DNA of 64,000 nt from an uncultured bacterium (lineage in GTDB: Bacteria > Hydrothermota > UBA3073 > NMUJ01 > CBEVQO01). The translations under genes were made by a program, and so were the position numbers. The stretch lies in assembly GCA_965552055.1 (NCBI GenBank), contig CBEVQO010000002.1, forward strand, positions 96,001 through 160,000. The letters are read 5' to 3'. This document shows positions 10,800-19,761 of the stretch, one piece after another; positions within the stretch are counted from its first letter, which is position 1; every line of letters begins with the position of its first letter. The notes beneath the pieces are model-generated. The model was given only the letters and a program-made list of their open reading frames with translations. It was not told where the DNA came from and searched no databases.

Positions 10800-12776
10800 T
10801 TATAAAATTTTTAGGATATTTTTCACTTTTGTAAGTCCTTCTTTTGCTTTATCGTAATGTGGGTCAATTTCAAGTGCTTTCTCAAACGCCATCTTCGCCT
10901 CTTCATACCTGCCCATCCCAAATAATGCTTCGCCCTTCCATCTCCATGCGATTTCGGCATCCTTCTCGGGATTTAATTTAATAAATTTCTCTGCTGTTTG
11001 AAGAGCTTCTTCATATTCTCCCAGCAAACAGCATGCTTCTGCAAGACCAAGCCAGCCATCGGGCAACATGGGATTCAATTCAACAACCCTGCAAAATGCC
11101 TCTTTCATCTCTTTGTATTTCTCCATATATCTATAAGTCCAGCCAAGTTCTGCATAAATCTCCCATTTATCACCTTCATATTTTAATGCTTCTTTAAAAG
11201 ATTTCTCTGATTCTTCGTAGTTTCTTAATTCAAAGAAAACTCTTCCTTTGTAAAACCATGCTGTTGAGTGCTCTGGCTTCATTTCGGTTACTTTATCGAG
11301 TATTTCAAGTGCTTTTTCAAATTCGCCAATTTCAAATAATGCCCTTCCTTTTATAAAAAGTGCCCTTACATCTTTTTCATCATTTTTTAATATTTCGTCC
11401 GCTATTTCAATTGCGCTCCAGTATTTTTTAAGTCCGATAAACGCACTTGCTTTGAGATGAAGTGCTTCCATATTTTTCTCTTTTTCAAGAACCGCATTAC
11501 ATAATTTTATCACTGATTGGTAATCTTTTGTCTCTTTCAACATAAGTTCTGCTTCTCTGATTATTGCATCTTTGCATGCTGGGTCAATCTTCCTTGCTTT
11601 CCTAAAAGCATTTATTGCCTTTTTATTTTCACCCATCTCTTCCAGCACTTTTCCAAGATAATACCAGTAAACGGGATTTTTCTCATCGTCTTCTATAGCT
11701 TTTTCTATACAATATTTTGCTTCCTTATAATTTCCTTCTTCCATGTATTCGATTGCATCCGAGAAAATCGTTGAAGCCGAATATTCTTCTTCTGGCAATT
11801 CTATTTTCTCCTTTATTATTTTATCTGATGGATTGCCGAAATGAGCATATCCGCACCATACTATTGACCTCTTTCTATAAAATTCATTGCGAAGTTCCAG
11901 AAGTATATGTCCTATTGTTTCGCCTTCCAGCATCTTTCTGTAAAATTTTACAGCAAAATTTGCACTATCATGTGAGGGAATTTTAAAAAATGAACCTATA
12001 TAATGTCTCACACCTGCTTCAACAAATCCTTTCGCAATATCAAAAGAAGTTTCACATGCATTTGCAAATATGAGGAAAACTTTTTCTAAAGGTAAATCTT
12101 TAACATCTTCCGCTTTTAACTTCTCTCCTTTGTAAAGTTTCCAGCCATCTTTTTCCGCATGCCCTATGTAATGAATTATGTTATATTTAAATAGATTCGC
12201 TTTGATTTCCTGTTTTGATGCCGTAAATCCGCCTCGCAAATCAAGTGATTTAATTCTTTTCTTTTTCTTCAATCTGCTTAATCTGTTGATGATTTCAATT
12301 GTTTCCAATTTTGCATCTTTTTCTATATCTCTATCTTCTGTTGGATTTTTTATTATAAGCATTTTTAAGGGTGGGTAAATTTTTTCGAATTTTCTTTCTC
12401 TTTTTATTCTTATAATGCGTGCAATTTGGAATTTAAGTCCCCAGAATTCATCATCATATATGATTTCATAAGGAATTTGTAAAAGCCCCTCTTCAACTTC
12501 AAAAAGCAATTTGCTTCCTTCTCTCAATCTTTTAAAAGCGGGTTCAAATTCTTTAAACATAACTTTAAATAAAGTTTTGCCAATAGATTTTATTTCCTCT
12601 GTAAACTCATCAAAATCTTTGCCCGGTATTACAATATTACATTTTTCATAAAATTTTTCGCAAATTTCCTTTATATTTTCTATTTTTATTTTTTTCTCGG
12701 TAATTCCTGCGTATCGGTGGATTTTAGGTCGCACAAGTATATAATCGTCGATTTTAAAAAGATGAATTTCTTTCAC
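10800..12776 (-). CDS. CHAT-domain (caspase-like) protease with C-terminal TPR array
   Basis: LQIPYE, IIHYIGHA (catalytic His), FANACET (catalytic Cys), FAVKFY, YAHFGNP, followed by many TPR repeats. Confidence 0.9.
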   Translation of the reverse strand: MKEIHLFKIDDYILVRPKIHRYAGITEKKIKIENIKEICEKFYEKCNIVIPGKDFDEFTEEIKSIGKTLFKVMFKEFEPAFKRLREGSKLLFEVEEGLLQIPYEIIYDDEFWGLKFQIARIIRIKRERKFEKIYPPLKMLIIKNPTEDRDIEKDAKLETIEIINRLSRLKKKKRIKSLDLRGGFTASKQEIKANLFKYNIIHYIGHAEKDGWKLYKGEKLKAEDVKDLPLEKVFLIFANACETSFDIAKGFVEAGVRHYIGSFFKIPSHDSANFAVKFYRKMLEGETIGHILLELRNEFYRKRSIVWCGYAHFGNPSDKIIKEKIELPEEEYSASTIFSDAIEYMEEGNYKEAKYCIEKAIEDDEKNPVYWYYLGKVLEEMGENKKAINAFRKARKIDPACKDAIIREAELMLKETKDYQSVIKLCNAVLEKEKNMEALHLKASAFIGLKKYWSAIEIADEILKNDEKDVRALFIKGRALFEIGEFEKALEILDKVTEMKPEHSTAWFYKGRVFFELRNYEESEKSFKEALKYEGDKWEIYAELGWTYRYMEKYKEMKEAFCRVVELNPMLPDGWLGLAEACCLLGEYEEALQTAEKFIKLNPEKDAEIAWRWKGEALFGMGRYEEAKMAFEKALEIDPHYDKAKEGLTKVKNILKIL

Positions 12777-12782
12777 AAATTT

Positions 12783-12809
12783 ATTATAATTTGCATTTTA
12801 TATTGTCAA
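12783..12809 (-). promoter_or_regulatory. Sigma70-like promoter TTGACA-N15-TATAAT of the CHAT-TPR gene
   Basis: Perfect hexamers; GTG start 6 nt downstream with no SD. Confidence 0.7.
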
Positions 12810-13108
12810 GAATTCTTCCAGTGAGGATGTGAGAGTCCCATTGTGAAAAATGTTTCAACGATATTTGCGATAAAATGCGAAAATTTGTGGGGAAATTTTA
12901 ATTTGCCTTCCAGTAAGAATTCAACAGTTTCGTGAATCAATATCCCTAACTTCTCAAACACCGAGCATTTTTGAAAAATGTAAATCTTATCATAAATCCA
13001 TGCACCCGTTTCCTTTTTCAATTTTATAACCTCTCCCTTTTCATCATGCAAAATAAGATTCACATCAGTAAGAACAATTTTTAAAGGAAAGTTTATTTTC
13101 TTTTTCAT
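12806..13108 (-). CDS. Small hypothetical protein with HExxE...H motif (possible minimal zincin-like metalloprotein)
   Basis: LIHETVEFLL...HKFSH; start overlaps the upstream stop. Confidence 0.55.
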   Translation of the reverse strand: MKKKINFPLKIVLTDVNLILHDEKGEVIKLKKETGAWIYDKIYIFQKCSVFEKLGILIHETVEFLLEGKLKFPHKFSHFIANIVETFFTMGLSHPHWKNS

Positions 13109-13485
13109 TCTCGTTGAAATTTGCCATTTTTATTTATTTCTATAAGAATTTTTTCAATTAGTTTATCAACTTCTTTAAGGCGAGACTCCTTTATTTCGAG
13201 ATCATAAGGAAATCCTTCAATCCATTCTTTTAATTCATAAAGAACATCTAAAATTTGCCCATCCGCTTTTTCTTCACAATAACCAAAGATAACTTCTTTT
13301 GCTTTTTCCCACCCGTTAATAAGTACTTTCCTAAACACTCTAAGCAGGAAATCTTTTTGTTCGTCTATACTTAATGTTATATTACCTTTCTTTATATCCT
13401 CAAATATTTTGCGTAGCTTTTCACAAAATTCAGATTCATCGCGAATGCGAAAAATCTCTTTGCAAATTTCCTTCCACTCTCTCAT
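13105..13485 (-). CDS. Hypothetical helical protein
   Basis: Strong SD AAGGAGGGAG before ATG 13485. Confidence 0.65.
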   Translation of the reverse strand: MREWKEICKEIFRIRDESEFCEKLRKIFEDIKKGNITLSIDEQKDFLLRVFRKVLINGWEKAKEVIFGYCEEKADGQILDVLYELKEWIEGFPYDLEIKESRLKEVDKLIEKILIEINKNGKFQRE

Positions 13486-13525
13486 AGCTCCCTCCTTTTT
13501 CATAACATTATTACATCTCATTACT

Positions 13526-16260
13526 TCACATTTTATTTTTAAGAATATTTAACCTTTGGTAGAATTTTCGATTATCTTTTAAATCGTCATAAGTTGAAAT
13601 AATCAACACTTTCCTTTCAAGGCGGGTACTTTCATCTATTTCTGAAAGTTTCCTTATCACAAAACCTGCTTTTTTATATTTTTCTTCTTTCTCTTTCTGA
13701 TGCCTTAAATATTTCTCATCTTCCATTCCATAGTGCTCCCATAGTATTTCTTTATCTTTGGATATTAATTTAAAATCGGGACATACTCCAATGTCGAGAT
13801 ACGCGGATAAAGGTTCATATTGATATTCTATCTCTGCTTTGCGCAAGAGATTAGCAATTAAGCATTCCTGCCAACTTCTTACTTTTTCTCCATTCAAAGT
13901 AATAATTCTCAAATTTTCGGGTAGCAATCTCACATCTATAGGATTATCAAACAAATATGTTTTTCTTTTTAATAGCTCGGAAGCACTTACATTGAGTAAA
14001 TTTGCAATGTGGTCTTCTACTATTATATAAAGCCGCCTCTGAGCACGAGTTACAGCGGTATACATCATCTCTCTCGATTTAAAATGCTTTAAACCTTTGG
14101 GAATAACCAATAACACATTTTCAAATTCACTTCCCTGACTCTTATGTATAGTTATGGCGTAAGCATAATCTAAATTTTCTCCTAACTGATTTAAATAAGC
14201 AAATTTCTTTGGAGGAAAGAAAAATTTAACTTTTCCATTTCTTAACACATATCCCATCATTCCGTTAAATACTTCTATTTTATAATCATTTTTAGTTTGA
14301 ATCACTTTGTCTCCCATATAAAACTGTTTTTGTAACACAATATCTGCTTTCTTTGCAAATCTGGATTCTTGGCGTAAAAAGAGACTTAAATTATAGGAGC
14401 CATTTTCACCTTTAATTCTAGTTGGGGTTAGAATCTGTAATTTATCCTCATATACTAAAAATTTATAAAAACCCTTTGCATCTACAGAAAAATCGTTTTC
14501 CCTGAGTAATTCCTCAATTGCTTTTTCCACCTCCTTTCGTATATTATTTTTAACAACTTTTACAGTTATGACTTCTTTCTCATCGGTTCTTATTGAAAAC
14601 TTATCCGCGTTATCTTCTGAAATTTTATTACTGAATAATTCATTTAATATTTGTTCTTTTATTGCATAAGGTGTATCTGTGAGAAATATTTTAGAGAACT
14701 CAACTATCTTTTTACATTCAGTACGAAGAATTTTTTCTAATTTTACAATACAATCCTTGTGGTTTTTCTGGAGATATTGATAAAGGTCATAGAAAGGCTT
14801 GCCAGCATCTACAGGCGGAAGTTGATTCACATCCCCTATCATTATAAAATACTGTAAATTGTTTTTATTGATAAGGGTAAGTAGCATCCCTAAAGTTTGA
14901 GTATCTACCATAGATGCTTCGTCTATAATTATGGCATCAAGCTTCTTTTTGCGTGATTCTTCTGGAACTTCTTTCAAAATAAAATATTCAAAGTCATAAA
15001 AATTGCGTAACTCAGTTGATATAAATCTGTGTATGGTTTTGACTTCAAGGATTCCTTTCAACTTTTCCATCGTTCTCATGGCTGCTTTTCCAGTAGGAGT
15101 TAATACTTTTATTTCTTTTAATCCATTTTTTAACATTGCTTTTACAAGTGCTTTTATTACATGTGTTTTTCCACTTCCAGCAGGGCCTGTTAAAATACCC
15201 ACTCTCTTTCTAAGAAGAGATTTAACCGCATTTATTTGCTCTTTTAATATTTCCTCGTATTCTTCTTGGATTAAATTTACGAATGCGTTTTCTTTCAAAT
15301 CTTCTTTGATTTCGTCCTCTGTTACATCAGCTTCAGGTTGTGGCAAGCTATTCAAATATTCGATTATTTCCCCTATTCTTTTTTCAAATCTTTTTACCTC
15401 TTTTAAAGTATAAACCCAAATTTCATCTCCATTTACTTTTACTTTATCTATTTCTACTTTTTCCTGAATGAAATTTTCGTATTCCTTTATTTTGTTTATA
15501 AACTCCTTCTGATTTATATCATAAATATCTTCTCTGTTTCTTCTTTTGAAATACTCCATAATTTCTAAATCTGTTAAAGATGTATGCCCTTCTTTTAAAG
15601 CTTGCTTTAATAAAGTAATCAACAATGCTCTTATTCTCTCCTTGTTTACACTATCAAATTTTTTGTTAAGTTCTTCAAAGCGCCTCTTTTCACCAAAATC
15701 AATTTCCTCAAAAGTTACAGGTTCTAATAATCTCTTCCTTTTTCTTTGAAATATAAATATAATTCCTGATAAGGTATTACAAAAATAGGATTTTCAAAAT
15801 CAACTTTTAAATCAAAAGATACATTAATCTTGTTTTTCTTACTGTCACTACTTATATTTGAAATTTCTTTTATTTTTAGACATGCTGCTATTATTTTATC
15901 CTCTGCTATTGGATTTTCTCTAATGTGTACCAGAGCATATCCCCCTTTCACTAACTCGAGCATTTCCGTTATCTCATCTTCCTTTCCTTTAGTTACTCCA
16001 TAAAACGCTCCCCAGAGTCTTCCAGTGCTGAAAAGTTCTTTTTCAATACCACAAGGTGGATTTTGAATTTCTTCTATTTTCTTTCCCGCACAATTCTCGC
16101 ATTTTTCTGTTCTTTTCTTATTTGCCCAATCCCAACCGTATTTTGTTGATTTTACCCAGTTAAAAGATTCGCAATAGACATTTTCCTTGGGATTACGGCA
16201 TATTCTCCCGTTCCAACCCATATCGTGCCATGCTACCATTACAGCAAGATGTTTAAACAT
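13526..16260 (-). pseudogene. RecD-like SF1B helicase with N-terminal WHD/Cys domain and C-terminal PD-(D/E)xK-like nuclease; split by an internal deletion and frameshift
   Basis: ORF 15724-16260 matches the N-terminus of the paralog at 19747-22593. A shifted frame at ~15730 resumes homology (PVTFEEID...KERIRALL). Motifs GPAGSGKT, IIDEASM, GDVNQLPPV, AITIHKSQGSE, YTAVTRA; C-terminal VRSWQE..IAN..YEP..PDF..WEHYG. Confidence 0.8.
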
Positions 16261-16278
16261 AACCCCCCCCTTTCTTTA

Positions 16279-16941
16279 TTAAAGTTTTTCTAATAAAATA
16301 TCAAAGCGCGCAATTATACTTTTTTCTTTTCTAATTTTAATGGTATAAACTTTTTTCTCAAAAAGTAAAGTTACAGGTTCTTTTGTCAATGTAGCGATTA
16401 GATTTCCATTTGCAAATAATAATGCTTCTGCATCTTCTATTGGTTTATTTTCTTCTTTGTCCTTTATTTCAATTAACTTCAGATTTATTTTATCATCTTT
16501 TGTCTGTACATCGAGTGTAACTTTTATCTTTTCTGTTTCGCTCTCAATTTTCCATGCGTTTGGCAGTTTTTTACCGCTCCGGGTAGTGATAAATGCTCTT
16601 TCTTCTATATGGGTGCTTCCGTATAACTGGCGTGTTGCTATCTGAAACAGCTTTATGGATAACAAAAGATGCAGGACAGTTGAACACATTTCTTTTTTCT
16701 TCTCTCTTTCCAGATATTTCTTTAAACTTTTCATTTCCATCACTTTGCGAAAACATGCATCACATTCTGTAAGATGCTTCTCAAACACTTCACGCAACTC
16801 ATCCGGCAGAGTGCCATCAACATATCCTGCTATCCAGTGTTCGTCATACTCTTTACAATCGGGTATGGGCTCCGTTTTTCTCATCTCTCTCAATGCCCTT
16901 AAGAGCCATTCAATATCATCGTTGTCAAAATCAGGACACAT
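16279..16941 (-). CDS. Zinc-finger (zf-HC2/ZAS) anti-sigma factor 1
   Basis: YVDGTL...FEKHLTECDAC (HxxxCxxC); overlaps the upstream sigma gene. Confidence 0.8.
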   Translation of the reverse strand: MCPDFDNDDIEWLLRALREMRKTEPIPDCKEYDEHWIAGYVDGTLPDELREVFEKHLTECDACFRKVMEMKSLKKYLEREKKKEMCSTVLHLLLSIKLFQIATRQLYGSTHIEERAFITTRSGKKLPNAWKIESETEKIKVTLDVQTKDDKINLKLIEIKDKEENKPIEDAEALLFANGNLIATLTKEPVTLLFEKKVYTIKIRKEKSIIARFDILLEKL

Positions 16942-17833
16942 TTTCCCTCCTTTTTATATTTTTGAATTTCTTTTCAATCTCCTTTCTTACTCTGTGAATA
17001 ATCTGGTCAACATAATTACGATTTATTCCTAAAAACTCTGCTATTTGTTCATAGCAGGGTCTCCTTGCACTCTCCGGGACAGCTTTCCCCTCCTTTAAAT
17101 ACTTTATTATCTGCCATTCTATTTTTGCATCCATTAAAACGAGTTCATCGGTTATTTCATCAATCCTTTTCTTTGTCAATTTCATTATGGTTAAAACTTC
17201 TCTCCTATCTTCAAGTATATTGAATTCAGGCCATAACCACAATTTAAAGACGATTCTTTTAAGAGGGGGAAGTTTCTCTATTTCTTTTCTTATTTCCCTG
17301 CAAGTCATTTCCGTTATAATTTTATTTTCTTCGGTTAGATAGCCAATCAGTCCTTTTGGAGGCTTTGTTTTAGCTCTGGTAAACTTCTTTTCTAACTCTT
17401 GCTCTCTTTTGCTTTTCTTCTCCGGAGACAATCTTTCTTCAATCTCTTCTAAATTTTTTTCATCCATTTTAATTTCGCGTAATTTTCTTATAAGAATGCG
17501 TGGAAGCCAATTTATAAAAATTCCTGTTATCCATGTTGTGAATTTAGCTTTTGTTCTGTGATTTGGATCGTATCGTTTTATTATTTCAAGATTTGACAAT
17601 AAATAATTATAAAGGAAATCTCTGCAAATATCTTCTTTTTCATCAGAATCTAACTCCTCGAGTATCTGGAATCCCATCTCTTCTTTTCCTCTGAGTTTAC
17701 TCAAAATAATGCGTTCAATAAGTCCCTTTAAAACAGAGATATACTTGTCGAGCGCAAAAATTGCTTTTTTGCAGGCATCTAAATCACAATTATGACACTT
17801 TTCTAATTGCTCTCGTGAAACTAACTCATTCAT
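16931..17833 (-). CDS. ECF-type sigma70 factor 1
   Basis: Region-2-like EDICRDF..RYDP..KAKFTTWITGIFIN; region-4-like IEKLPP..YEQIAEFLGINRNYVDQIIHRVRKEI. Confidence 0.75.
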   Translation of the reverse strand: MNELVSREQLEKCHNCDLDACKKAIFALDKYISVLKGLIERIILSKLRGKEEMGFQILEELDSDEKEDICRDFLYNYLLSNLEIIKRYDPNHRTKAKFTTWITGIFINWLPRILIRKLREIKMDEKNLEEIEERLSPEKKSKREQELEKKFTRAKTKPPKGLIGYLTEENKIITEMTCREIRKEIEKLPPLKRIVFKLWLWPEFNILEDRREVLTIMKLTKKRIDEITDELVLMDAKIEWQIIKYLKEGKAVPESARRPCYEQIAEFLGINRNYVDQIIHRVRKEIEKKFKNIKRRENVS

Positions 17834-17850
17834 GGTTCCCCCTTCACCTT

Positions 17851-17877
17851 ATTTTACATCAAATACAGCGTTGTCAA
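17851..17877 (-). promoter_or_regulatory. Sigma70-like promoter TTGACA-N15-TAAAAT for the ECF1 operon
   Basis: Hexamers upstream of an SD (GAAGGGGG) and ATG 17833. Confidence 0.65.
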
Positions 17878-17969
17878 TATCATTTTTTATTAGTTTAGAG
17901 AAAGATGCACGCAAACTATTCAAATAAACATTTATTGTATCTTCGAGTTTGTTTATAGTGTTATCAATG

Positions 17970-18179
17970 TCAATAAGTGCATCTCTCATCTCTTTGAATT
18001 TTTCCTTTATCTGCTGAATTTCCACATCCCGTTTTATATATTGGAGAAAGATAGAAAGTCGATGGAGATACTAGCATAACATTCTTTTCGTAGGCGTATG
18101 CAGGCTTAATAGGTATAACTTTTCGCCACCCGACTATTTTTATCCTGTCACAGCAATTAAATTGTTGATTCTTACCCAT
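17970..18179 (-). CDS. Small hypothetical protein or gene remnant
   Basis: 69 aa; SD AAGGAGGGGAG before the ATG. Confidence 0.4.
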   Translation of the reverse strand: MGKNQQFNCCDRIKIVGWRKVIPIKPAYAYEKNVMLVSPSTFYLSPIYKTGCGNSADKGKIQRDERCTY

Positions 18180-18203
18180 CTCCCCTCCTTTTGATTTGCA
18201 TCT

Positions 18204-18596
18204 TCAATTAAAATCATCTACTTCGTCCTTTGTGTTTAACTTTACAAAATCTTTTAATTCTTTCTCTTCTGCTTCTTCCAGTAAAACATAACAATTTCTG
18301 TTCTTGACTTTTTTAAATTCTAACAATGCAATTTCGGCAACATCAAAGAATTTCTGGAGCCCGCTGTAAATCCTCTCTGCCTCTTCTTTTATCCTTTGAG
18401 GAACTCTCTCTGGATAGGCACACATTATTCGCACCATTTGATTTAAATCCTGCAAAAATTTTACAGGAATAACCAGAACATCATATCTCACAAATTCTCT
18501 TTTTTCATTTAACATTATTAAAATATGATAACCCAGCAATTTACTCAATATCTTCATTGTATTTTTAAATGAACCTCCACTTTTTTCAATCCACAT
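18204..18596 (-). CDS. Hypothetical protein
   Basis: 130 aa; SD GGGGAGGT; overlaps the end of the ClpX-like gene. Confidence 0.6.
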   Translation of the reverse strand: MWIEKSGGSFKNTMKILSKLLGYHILIMLNEKREFVRYDVLVIPVKFLQDLNQMVRIMCAYPERVPQRIKEEAERIYSGLQKFFDVAEIALLEFKKVKNRNCYVLLEEAEEKELKDFVKLNTKDEVDDFN

Positions 18597-19716
18597 ATCT
18601 ACCTCCCCTTTTAGATTTGATTTTTACATTTAATTCGCCATTTTTTACATCGACAATTATTTTGCCTTCTTTTTGCTGACCGAATATTTCAAATGACATT
18701 TCTTCGAGATGACGCATTATAACGCTTTCTATCGCTCTTGCCCCTGTCTGACGCCTTACAGCTTCTTCTACAATGAAATCTTCTGCACGGGGAGTAATAC
18801 GAATCTCAAATCCTTCTTCCTGAAATTCGTTTTTCACCTCCTTCAGTTTCAAATGCAATATTTCTTTTAATGTCTTTTTATCAAGTGGCTCAAAAACAAT
18901 AATTCTCTGAAAGCGGGCAATGAGTTCTGGCAGAAATCCATAAGATTGAAACTTTGTTACATCTTCGGCGGTATACTGGTCTATTTCGTATGCTATTTTA
19001 TTTTCCACACTTTTTATTTCTTTTAAGAAACCTATTTCCTTTTTAACACTGTGGGTTAAAAATCCGCTAAATGCTCCTATTGCGAAAAATAAGATATTTG
19101 AAGTATCGATGTGACCTTCGAGTGACAAATCGTCTCTTCCGTAACTTACTTTAGAGCCTTCAACGAGTTTTAGTAATTCGCGCTGAACCCCGTATCCTGA
19201 TACATCCTTTGTCGTACCAGCACCGGCAAATCTAATATTGCTGTGACAACCCGCTATCTTGTCAAATTCATCTATCGCAACTACTCCGAATTTCGCAAGA
19301 AGCACATTGCCATGTGCAGCCTCTATCAATTTGTAAGGTATATTTAACACACTTTCGCCAACATAACCAGTTTCGGAATATTTCGTGATATCAATTATCA
19401 CATAAGGTAGTTTTAAAATTTTACCGAATAACAGTTCTATTATATAGGTCTTGCCGCATCCAGTTGGTCCCATCAATAAATAATTTGTCTTTGGTGGTAG
19501 ATTTTTCTTTTCTCCGCTTAATATTTTCTTTACTCTTTTGAAATGGCGATATGCAGCTACGCACATAGCTTTGCGAGCACGCTCCTGACCTCTGTAGCCA
19601 AGTTCCTCCAGCTTTTGATAAAGCTCCTGAGGAGTATAAAGCGGAGCAGACAGGAGTTTATTTATCGCAGCCTCATTTGCCTCAATATGTTCTCTATATC
19701 GATAAAATGGCTTCAT
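18586..19716 (-). CDS. ClpX-like AAA+ unfoldase lacking the N-terminal zinc-binding domain
   Basis: GQERARK, LLMGPTGCGKT, ETGYVGE, IDEFDKI, DVSGYGVQRELLKLVEG, IGF loop, GFLPELIARF, TGARAI. Confidence 0.85.
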   Translation of the reverse strand: MKPFYRYREHIEANEAAINKLLSAPLYTPQELYQKLEELGYRGQERARKAMCVAAYRHFKRVKKILSGEKKNLPPKTNYLLMGPTGCGKTYIIELLFGKILKLPYVIIDITKYSETGYVGESVLNIPYKLIEAAHGNVLLAKFGVVAIDEFDKIAGCHSNIRFAGAGTTKDVSGYGVQRELLKLVEGSKVSYGRDDLSLEGHIDTSNILFFAIGAFSGFLTHSVKKEIGFLKEIKSVENKIAYEIDQYTAEDVTKFQSYGFLPELIARFQRIIVFEPLDKKTLKEILHLKLKEVKNEFQEEGFEIRITPRAEDFIVEEAVRRQTGARAIESVIMRHLEEMSFEIFGQQKEGKIIVDVKNGELNVKIKSKRGGRYVD

Positions 19717-19731
19717 TTCACCTCCCCTTAT

Positions 19732-19761
19732 ATTATTACCTATTTCTCAAGTTTTCTTACA
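19732..19761 (-). promoter_or_regulatory. Island-specific bipartite motif TGTAAGAAAA-N13-TAAT (putative ECF promoter), copy 1
   Basis: TGTAAGAAAA cttgagaaatagg TAATAAT just upstream of the ClpX-like SD/ATG. Confidence 0.65.

Noticed and set aside
15720..15750. Programmed -1 frameshift in helicase 1
   Set aside because: There is no in-frame X XXY YYZ heptamer, and the ~200 missing codons point to a deletion.
10800..17833. Type III-E CRISPR (Craspase) locus
   Set aside because: No Cas7-11, Csx30/31, cas1 or array is visible, and the domain order is CHAT then TPR; only an analogy is claimed.
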